NCBI GenBank assembly: GCA_963833985.1
Contig: CAWIAD010000002.1
Coordinates: forward strand, 5,408,001 to 5,472,000
Reading direction: 5' to 3'
DNA from: an uncultured Planctomycetaceae bacterium
Lineage (GTDB): Bacteria > Planctomycetota > Planctomycetia > Isosphaerales > Isosphaeraceae
Length of the DNA stretch: 64,000 nucleotides
The first letter of the stretch is position 1. Each line of letters begins with the position of its first letter. Positions 11,206 through 19,600 of the stretch are shown one piece after another. Both the position numbers and the translations under genes were made by a program. Below the pieces are notes generated by a model. That model was given only the letters and a program-made list of their open reading frames with translations, was not told where the DNA came from and ran no database searches.

Positions 11206-12114
11206 ATGGCTCGGATCACGTTGCGCGCGGATCGGTTCGCCACCGAGGCGAGCCGCCAGGAATACCAGCAACTTGAAGGCGGCAACATTCTCTACTTCCC
11301 CACGGCGCCGCCGCTGGTCACGGCCGAGGAACGAACGTTCCTGGTCACCCAGCGGCAGATCGACGGCGGTCTGTTCAAGAACATCAGCTATCGGCCGATG
11401 GAAGACCGGCTGCGGGGCATTGACCAGAAGGACACGGCGAAGCTCAGGCGTGTTCACGAAACGATGCGTGCATTCTCCAGCCGAGCCGCCGGCTTCATGG
11501 AGTCGTTCCTGGGCCACTACGCGACGAGCTGGAAGATCGACTTCGCGAGCTTCCGACCCATCGAGGAGCAGGGCCGCAAGGCTTCCTTGCATGCGCACAA
11601 CGACCTGCTTCACTTCGACTCGTTCCCGACCCGGCCCTCGCACGGCGACCGGCTCTTGCGGATCTTCGTGAACATCCACCCCGAGCGGTCGCGGGTCTGG
11701 CTCACCTCGGACCCGTTCGAGGCGCTGGCGACCCGGTTCGCCGGCAAGGTGGGGCTGCAACGGACTCCGCGTCTGCTGGATACCTGGAAGCGCGCGGCCG
11801 TGAAGCTGGGCGCGGGAGTCGGCTTACCGGTGATCGATCGGCCGCCCTACGACGCCTACATGCTCAGGATCCATCATTCCATGAAGGAAGACGCCGCCTT
11901 CCAGGCGACTTGCCGCAAGGATCGCTGGGAGTTCCCTGCCGGCTCGGCCTGGATCGTCTTCACCGACGGCACCAGCCACGCTTGCCTGAGCGGCCAGTAC
12001 ATGCTGGAGCAGACCTTCATCATCCGCCGTTCCGGGCTGACCAGTCCCGAGCTGGCGCCGATCTCGATCCTGGAACGGATCGCCGCCTACCCCCTCGCCC
12101 GCCAAAGCGCCTGA
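11206..12114 (+). CDS. Kdo hydroxylase family protein (KdoO-like)
   Basis: KNISY, SFRP, LLHFDSFPTRP..GDRLLRIFVNIHP, YDAYML.IH..MKED..FQ, WIVFTD..SHACLSGQYMLEQTF. Confidence 0.8.
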   Translation: MARITLRADRFATEASRQEYQQLEGGNILYFPTAPPLVTAEERTFLVTQRQIDGGLFKNISYRPMEDRLRGIDQKDTAKLRRVHETMRAFSSRAAGFMESFLGHYATSWKIDFASFRPIEEQGRKASLHAHNDLLHFDSFPTRPSHGDRLLRIFVNIHPERSRVWLTSDPFEALATRFAGKVGLQRTPRLLDTWKRAAVKLGAGVGLPVIDRPPYDAYMLRIHHSMKEDAAFQATCRKDRWEFPAGSAWIVFTDGTSHACLSGQYMLEQTFIIRRSGLTSPELAPISILERIAAYPLARQSA

Positions 12115-12230
12115 GACCGAGATCGGGTCGCTGCCGGGACGGCGTTTCCCGGACCTAAGCAGATCCGCAGAAGTCTTTGGACAGGATTGCCGTTCGCTTG
12201 CCCAGGGCTGAGAGCCCTGCCTGGCCGCTC

Positions 12231-12370
12231 TCCTCGTGGGGTACGATTCCAATCGTGCCTTCCCATTCTCGTGGGCTACGATTCCAATCGTGCCTTCCCA
12301 TTCTCGTGGGCTACGATTCCAATCGTGCCTTCCCATTCTCGTGGGCTACGATTCCAATCGTGCCTTCCCT
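12231..12370. repeat. 4 x 35-bp tandem REP-like palindromes
   Basis: (TTCTCGTGGGCTACGATTCCAATCGTGCCTTCCCA)x4, with the same GTGGG..ACGATTCCRATCGTG core as the 6.7-kb cluster. Confidence 0.9.
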
Positions 12371-12563
12371 GATCCATCAGATCGAAGAAGTGGCACGAAG
12401 TAGGGTCGAGGTGTGGCGCGGTGGGCTCGAGTCGATGGCTCGGCTGGGCCTCGTTTCCACACCCCGCTCATCAAACTGGATCGGCGGTTTTCCCGCATCC
12501 AGCTTTCGGACAAGGCTTGTCTCATCGGTTGAGTTCACACGTTCGCTCACGAAACCATCGCGG

Positions 12564-15500
12564 CTAGGTTCGTTGCAGCTGGTAAAGATGCAACTCCTGG
12601 TGCAGGTATCTGTCAGGGTAGCGTCTGAGCCCCTGACCCGGCACCTTGAACTTCGCACACAACCACTGACGTACCCGGTAGCGGACGTGGTGGTTGACTT
12701 GGCGATAGGCTGGGCTCACCGTTCCGATGCGAAAATAGTTGGACCAACCGCGTAACTTGCGATTGATCCGACCAATCTGCATCTCGACGTCCTGTCCAGT
12801 GGTCTGGCGCGTCGTCATCGCACTGATCTCGCTGCACAGCCGAATGATCTTCTTCCGCGATGGGCGTGACCCTATGTAGGATCGGCCCGTTCGTCGGTCG
12901 TAGTTCCGGCCGAGGGTATAACCCAGAAAGTCGAACGTCTCCTCAGGCAGGTGGCACAGCCGCGTCTTGGTCTCGTTCACCGTTAACTTCAGCCTGGACA
13001 TCATCTTCCGCATCACCGTCATGGCCTCTTCGGCCGTGCCGCGACAGCAGATGACGAAGTCGTCCGCATAGTTGACGATTCGCGCGACCAGACGCCGCTC
13101 GTGTCCACCAGTCTTCCATCCCTTCACAAATCGTCGCATGTAGATGTTGGACAACAATGGTGAGATCACGCCCCCAACAATGTTGCGAACTACGTTGTTG
13201 GGGGCCTTTCTCAAAAGGGGACGGACTGACCCGATACACGATGCGGACCTCCTGCTCGTCGATCTCGACCTTCTTCACCAAGGCCCGAACCACCTCCCGT
13301 CGCGTGGCCCAGTCCGGCTCTTGCAACCCTTGCGAGACGCGACGTGCGAACTCCTCCAACTGACCGATCACCAGTCGCAATTCCGCCTCTTGGGCGGCCT
13401 CGCCGATTCGTTGTCGATGCTCCTCCGCCAATCTCGAGAGGCGCGTCCTTGCCGCCGAGATCCGGGGCTCGAACTCCGATTTGTCGAGCAACCCGTCGCC
13501 GTAAGCATCGATTAATCGAGAAATCATCTTTTTCACATTATTTATCAATTTGCCGAGATGCTCCACCTCCTGATTCGGCCCGCCCTGGGCACCCTGCAGC
13601 CGCCGCTCGTACTCCTCCCGGACCCGCTCCGGCTCGGACAGGAGACCTCGTAAGTCCTCCCAGACGGCAGCGTCAAGGATATCGGTGCGGATCTGCTTGT
13701 TCCAGCAGAGGCGCTGCCCGCCGAAACGATAGGCGTCAGAGCCCGTGCAACGGTAGTACGCGTAGCGGACCCTACCCTTGCCCTCGAACGCGGCTCGGCT
13801 CGTCGGCTTGCCGTAGCAGCCGTAGCCGCAGCGCTTGCAGACGACCAGGCCCTGGAGCAGATATCGGCCACCGCCGGGCCGGTCGCGACGGCGTTGCCGG
13901 TTCTCTTCAAGCTGGGCCTGGACAGCCAGGAAGAGGTCTTCGCTCACCAGCCCGGGGACTTCAATGAAGATTTGATCTTCCGAGGATGTATCAACCCGTG
14001 AGACCGGTCGCCGGGAGTGTTCGGGGCGGCCTCGCTGCGGGCGGAGGCGTTGAGGTTTGAACTCACCTGAGCGCGTCTTGCCGAAGGCCGCGGTCCCCTT
14101 GTAGGCAGGGTTCTTGAGGATCAACCAGACCGTCGCGCGATCCCAGGCCGATTTCCCGGTCCGCGTCGGGATACTGTCGCGCCGGAGGCGTCGGCACACC
14201 TCGCCGATCGAGCACCGTTCCTGACCCACCCATTCGAAGATCTTCCGCACGACCCGGGACTCTTCAGCGAGGACCTGATAACGCGCCTCGCCACCTCCCT
14301 CGTGCTTGCCGATGTAACGGTAGCCGTACGGCGCGCCGCTGAGGACGTTGACCGAACCGCGGCGGGCGGCGTGTTGCTTGCCCCTGCGGCAACGCTCCAT
14401 GATCTTGGCGCGCTCGTATTCCGCGATCATTCCCTGGACCTGAAGCAGCAGGTCGGCTTCCGGACTGCGGCCGACGGGGTTGCGCAAGAAGACGACCTCG
14501 ACACCGCACCGGATAAGTTCCTCAAGGATCAAGACCTGATAGGCATACTTGCGTGAAAGTCGATCCGGATCGAGCATATAGAGGCGGTCGATGGCTCCAG
14601 CGGCGGCTTGGTCCCGAAGTCGCTCGAGTGCCGGTCGGGCCAGGATGTAACCGCTGACGCCGTCGTCCACGAAGTGCAGTTCGGGCTCGCATTCCAAGCC
14701 ATCAGTGGCGATCCGCTGAGTGACCGCCTCGAGCTGGCTGGCGATCGTGTCCTCCTTCTCCTGCTGCTCCCCCGAAACCCGGGCGTAGAGCGCCACGCGG
14801 AGATTGTCCGTGATCATGGTTTGTCAAACCCCCCCGACCTTGGACTGGATAGTGTGGACCACAGTCGCGTGGTTGCGGCTGGGTCGCGGCCGATCCAGGC
14901 GCTGCGAAACGACCGGGATCAAGACCTGATATGCACGCGCGATCAATTGCTCCTGAAGCCGAGTGAACTCGAAGTGGCGGGTGACAGGAGGACTGAACGT
15001 GGGCCTCCGTGGGGACGTGATCATGTCGACTCCTCCTCTCCGAGAGCGCGGCCGCCAGCCTGCCTTGGATCGGGATCGAGTCGGGGCTGCCATCCGTGCC
15101 CGTACTTCGGTCGAAGCCGCGATCTGGAAATGACAGAGTCAGGAATCAGGGACGATTTTGCAACATTGTTGGGGGCGTGATCGGTGCACCTTGCGGTGTA
15201 CCCATCCCCTGGTCTTTATTCCGGGTCGTTCGATGGCGCTGCCCCTTCCCGTCGGTTTCTTCCACCGGTGTTTCCAGCCACATCTTGATCAGCCGCAGGA
15301 CGCGACCGTCGCTGATGCGCCGTGACGCCGATTTCATTAACTCGGAATGGGGTATGCTATCGAAATATCCAGATAAGTTCGCGTCCACCACCTCGGTGTG
15401 CCCCGTCTTGAGCAGCCGTTCGACTTCGCGGACGGCGTCCAGGGCGCTGCGCTCCGGGCGGTAGGCGTGTTGTTCCGGCTCCAGGTCGGCCTCGAAGATC

Positions 15501-15877
15501 GGCTCCAAGACCAGCACCGCAGCCATCTGCACCACACGATCCTTGATGCAAGGAATGCCCAGCGGCCTTTGCTTGCCATCCCCTTTGGGGATGTACACGC
15601 GCCGCACCGCCTGGGGTTGATACGTCTCCTTACGAAGTTGTTCCGCCAGTTCGTCCAGCCATCGTTCCTTCCCGGACGCCTCGATGTCGGCGAAACTCTG
15701 GCCGTCGATCCCCGGCGCGCCGCCGTTGGCACGGCAGCGTTCGTAGGCGAATCCCAGAACGTCACGTCGATAAATCTTGTCGTACAGGACGTAGAACCGA
15801 TAGTTGGGCGCGTTCTTCGCTTTGGTGTGCAACGCCGTCTGCAACTTCCCGACCTTCAGTGGAGGTGATAGACTCAC
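12564..15877 (-). CDS. ltrA: Group II intron reverse transcriptase/maturase, interrupted at 13164-15182 (432 aa if rejoined, no endonuclease domain)
   Basis: N-part 15877-15179 (RRVYIPK, RPLGIP, DRVVQ, GTPQGAPI). C-part 13163-12564 (SPLLSNIY, YADD, FDFLGY, LRGWSNYF). The two parts join in frame at GATC. Confidence 0.92.
12943..14817 (-). CDS. Large serine recombinase (resolvase + recombinase + Zn-ribbon + coiled coil)
   Basis: ALYARVS catalytic Ser, DDGVSG..RPAL, DRLSR, APYGY, ILKNPAYKG, LLQGLVVCKRCG, YYRC. The ORF runs past the element end at residue 551. Confidence 0.95.
   Translation of the reverse strand: MITDNLRVALYARVSGEQQEKEDTIASQLEAVTQRIATDGLECEPELHFVDDGVSGYILARPALERLRDQAAAGAIDRLYMLDPDRLSRKYAYQVLILEELIRCGVEVVFLRNPVGRSPEADLLLQVQGMIAEYERAKIMERCRRGKQHAARRGSVNVLSGAPYGYRYIGKHEGGGEARYQVLAEESRVVRKIFEWVGQERCSIGEVCRRLRRDSIPTRTGKSAWDRATVWLILKNPAYKGTAAFGKTRSGEFKPQRLRPQRGRPEHSRRPVSRVDTSSEDQIFIEVPGLVSEDLFLAVQAQLEENRQRRRDRPGGGRYLLQGLVVCKRCGYGCYGKPTSRAAFEGKGRVRYAYYRCTGSDAYRFGGQRLCWNKQIRTDILDAAVWEDLRGLLSEPERVREEYERRLQGAQGGPNQEVEHLGKLINNVKKMISRLIDAYGDGLLDKSEFEPRISAARTRLSRLAEEHRQRIGEAAQEAELRLVIGQLEEFARRVSQGLQEPDWATRREVVRALVKKVEIDEQEVRIVYRVSPSPFEKGPQQRSSQHCWGRDLTIVVQHLHATICEGMEDWWTRAASGRANRQLCGRLRHLLSRHGRRGHDGDAEDDVQAEVNGERDQDAAVPPA
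13164..15182 (-). mobile_element. Minimal serine-recombinase integrative element (2015 bp plus duplicated GATC core)
   Basis: Perfect 23-bp terminal inverted repeats GATCACGCCCCCAACAATGTTGC at 13164-13186 and 15160-15182. Carries two ORFs. Removal restores the RT. Confidence 0.9.
14824..15024 (-). CDS. 66-aa hypothetical protein of the recombinase element
   Basis: Strong RBS GAGGAGGAG before the ATG at 15024. Stop lies 6 nt before the recombinase start. Confidence 0.7.
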   Translation of the reverse strand: MITSPRRPTFSPPVTRHFEFTRLQEQLIARAYQVLIPVVSQRLDRPRPSRNHATVVHTIQSKVGGV

Positions 15878-16534
15878 GCCAATCTCCCGGCTGTCTGCCG
15901 CTTGTTGCGTTGACCTTGAACCAAGGCCCCTTCCCTCGACCGGAGTTACCCGGCGTCGACGGTACTACGGGCCTCTCCGCCACCCCAGGCAGCCCGGCCG
16001 GTCCCTCGCGGGCGTCCGGTTGAGGGTCACGCGCCCTCACCGCTTGGGGTTTCCCGTGTTGTGTTGATCTCCGTGTGCCGACATGCCGTCGTCAATACCC
16101 CGGTGGCCCGCTGGGTTCTGATCGCTCGTGGGGCGGCCTATTCCAACCGTTTCCCTTTCATCCCCAGCGACGGCGGCCTTCCCCATATTCCAGCAAGGTC
16201 GGCGACCACATTGGACTTTTCGAGGCCTGCTCAACGTTCACTCGCGTTACGGCCTGTCGGTTCGCTGCATCGCCAAGCGACACATCTGTCTCGAAGGCTC
16301 CGACGGTTTCGTCTCCTCCACCGCCGCTCCGATAGCTACCGGCTGGAGCGACCCAGTTGCCGGGTGGGAGTTACACCCACTGAAGACCAACACCTTTCCA
16401 CGGCGCACTGGAATCATGTCCCAAGAAGAGCGGCCTCCCGGCCATCCAGGATCGCATCAACCTGCTGAATGCCTGTCAAAGAACTATTGCGAACCTGCTT
16501 AGAGCGGTTATCACTCGGATCGCAGACTGAGACC

Positions 16535-16597
16535 GGGGGCAGGCATTCCTGCCTGCCGGAGCAGGCCTACCCTGGCAGACAGGAATGTCTGCTCCCC
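16535..16597. repeat. Second REP-like inverted doublet
   Basis: GGGGGCAGGCATTCCTGCCTGCC ... GGCAGACAGGAATGTCTGCTCCCC: two internally palindromic arms in inverted orientation. Confidence 0.7.
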
Positions 16598-16691
16598 TTC
16601 CAGGATCTCAGAAACCGCCTGCAACCCGTCAGAAAACCGCCCTAATGCGTTGGCCGGACCAGCACGGCTTTCTTGACCGGGACGCGGGCCT

Positions 16692-19600
16692 TCATGAGCG
16701 TCCGGGCGCGGGGGCCGCGGCCACCCTGGGCCGCGCCACGGGCACGACCCTGGGCCTGGGCTTCGGCTTGGGCCTGGGCGCCGGGGCCACTGGCCTGGGC
16801 CTTGGCTTTGGCTTGATTACGGGCCTGGCCGTCGACCTGGGATGAACCGCAACCGGCGCAGCGGACTTGACCTGGGGAGCCGGTGCGGTCGTTAAAATCA
16901 TCTGATCAATGGTGGCCGTCGCCGACGTCGCGTAATTGGAATCGCCCACGTAGACCGCGTGAACCATGTAATTGCCGGCGGTCAGAGTTGAGATCGTCAG
17001 GCTGGCCTTGCTTCCCGAAACCGGCACAGCGCCGATCATGCCGAACTGATCGTAGAAGACCACCGTTCCCGTCACGGGAATCGCCCCCAGCGACGAGGCA
17101 TTCACGTCCGCGGTGAACGTCACCGGTGCGCTGATCGCGGAGCGCAGGATCGCTCCTTCCAGCAACGACGCGGTGGGTGCCCGCTGCACCGTGTAGGTGC
17201 CGCCCTGGTACGAGATCGTGTAGTCCGTGGCGGCGGCGCCCGAGACCGAGATCGGGTAGCTGCCGGGCAGGCTGTTGACGTTGGCCGTGGTGGACAGGCT
17301 AGGCAGGACCGGCAGGCTGGCGGCCGTGTCGCCGTTGACCAGCCCGACGTAGCTGGCGCTCAGGCTCGGCCTGGTGCCGTACCCCTGGCTCGTGTTGTTG
17401 GCCTTGATCAGGAGGGGCGTCGGGGTGACGGCCAGCGTGGCGGATACGAACGTGAGCAGATAGTTCGGGGAGGCGAGCGTGCCCGTGCTGGGCGTGAGCG
17501 TGTAGGTTCCCACGTGGCTGGTGGTGAGGGCTGTCGTGGTGAACGAGGGCGCTCCGGCGACGCCGCTGTTTGCCAGGTCCTGCCCCTGGATGAACCCGGT
17601 CAGCGTGTACCCGAACGTGGGATTGGCAGCGCCGTAGGCCCGGCTGGCGTTCTGCGCCGTGATCGTCAGCGTGGCCCGGGTGACTGTGAACGTGCCCGTC
17701 TGGAAATTCGCGATGTCGAGCAGGTAGTTCGGGTTGGCGATCGTGAGCGTGCCCAGGGCCGCGGTGATCGGGTAGGTCCCCACCGAGTTGCCAATGTTGA
17801 CCTGTGTGCTCAGCGCGGGGGCCCCGGATAAAAGTGGATCCGGATCAGTGGCCGAGATCGCGGTCTGGGGCGGATCTTCCCGCACCAGGCTCCATCCCAG
17901 CCTTGGGTTTGGCGTGCCGAACGACCGTGAGACGTTGCTGGCCACCACGATCAGACGGGCCGAGAGCACCGTGAGCGTGGCGGGTTTCGTCGCGATCTGA
18001 AACGTATAGTTGCTCGCCGCCAGCGTGCCCTGGCTGATCGTGATGCCATACGTACCGACAGGACTGTCCGCCGTGGCTGTCGTGAACAAAAGCGCGGCTC
18101 CGGTCACGCCGCCGGTCGTCGCGTTCTCGCCGTTGGCGTAGCCGGTAATCGTGGACGGCAGGGGGATCGGGTTGGGAAGGCCGTAGTAGCGGCTGAAGTC
18201 GCTGGGCGTGACGGTCAGGGTCGCCTGTGTGATTTGCAGGGTCGCCGCTCCAGGCGCGAACGCGAAGGTGTAGTTCGTGGACTGGAGCGTTCCCTGGCTG
18301 GGAGTCCCGGCATAGCTGCCGACGGGGCTGCTCGCCGTGGCCGTGGTCGTGACGCCGGGCGTGCCTTTCACGTCGCTGGTCGCCTGCGTCTCGCCGTTGG
18401 CGAAACCGCTGATCGTGTACGATTGCGTGGTGGCCGTGGACGAGCCGTAGGGGCGGCTGGCGACCACGTCCGAGACGGTCAGCAGCACGGGCGTGACATT
18501 GAGCGTTCCGGACTGGAACGTGAACGTATAATTCAGCGCCCACAGCGAGCCGACCTGAATCGTGATCGCATAGGTCCCGACCGGGCTGGTGAGGTTCGCC
18601 AGCGTGGACACGCTGGGCAGCCCCGACAGCACCGCTTGATCCTGGCCGTTGACAAAGCCCGTGTAATCAAAGTCGGCCAGGGTCATGCTGGCCAGCTTGG
18701 CAGGATTGGCCTGGCCATAAAGACGGGTCAGGTCGGACGACGGCAGGTTCAGGGCGATCGTCAGAGGCGCCTGGGTGACCGCCAGCACGCCCCCGCGGAA
18801 CAGCGTCGGGTCCAGGGTGTAGTTCGCATTGGCGTAGGCCAGCGAGCCGGGCGCGATGTTGATTGCGTAATTGCCCACCGGGCTGGCGGGGCCGGCCGCG
18901 GTGGTCGTGAAAACGGGCGTGCCAGAGAGCAGCGACTGGTCCAGGAAATCACTCCCCACGAACCCCGTGATCCTGTACGTGAACGCCGGGTTCACATCGC
19001 CGTAGCTCCGGCTCTGGCTGACCGCCGTCACGACCAGGGGCGCCGATGTGATCTGGAGCGTCGCTGCTCCGGGTGCGAACGCGAAGCTGTAATTCGTGGA
19101 CTGGAGCGTTCCCAGATTGGGCGTGGCGGCATAGTTCCCCACGGGAGTGCTCGGGGTGGCCGTGGTCGTGAGGCCGGGCGTTCCCGTCACACCGCTGGTC
19201 GCGAGCGTCTGCCCGTTGGCGAACCCGGTGATCGTGAACGACTGCGTGGTCACCGTGGACGAGCCGTACACCTGGGTCGCAAGCACATTCGAGACCGTCA
19301 GTTGCACGGGCGTGACGTTGAGCGTACCGGTCTGGAACGTGAACGTGTAGTTCGGTGCCCGCAGCGAGCCGACCAGGAGAGTGATCGCGTAGGGCCCCAC
19401 CGGACTGGTGAGGTTGGCCACTGTGGAAACGCTGGGCGTGCCGGTCAGCACCGAGGGCATATCCTGATTCTCGCCGTTGACGAAGCCCATGTAGAGGAAG
19501 TTGTCCTTGGTCAGGCCGGTCAGGTCCGGATTGGCCTGGCCATAGGGCGCGTCAGGCTGGTGGGTGGCAAGTTGAGGGCGATGGTCAGAGGCGCCGGGAG

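Larger units (their letters stand above)
12400..16408 (-). mobile_element. Group II intron (about 1994 nt without the nested insertion)
   Basis: 5' end GTGCG at 16408. Domain V GAAAGCTGGATGCGGGAAAACCGCCGATCCAGTTT with AGC triad at about 12472-12506. Domain VI and 3' end ...CACCTCGACCCTAC at 12400. Internal RT ORF. Confidence 0.9.

Noticed and set aside
13164..15182. Classical DDE insertion sequence with a 4-bp target duplication, or IS607
   Set aside because: The encoded enzyme is a large serine recombinase with an N-terminal catalytic domain and Zn ribbon. GATC is better read as the crossover core.
12564..15877. Retron, DGR or defence RT; or two separate RT genes
   Set aside because: Intron 5' end, domains V/VI and the maturase region are present, and the two halves join exactly in frame. 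No template/variable repeat pair was seen.
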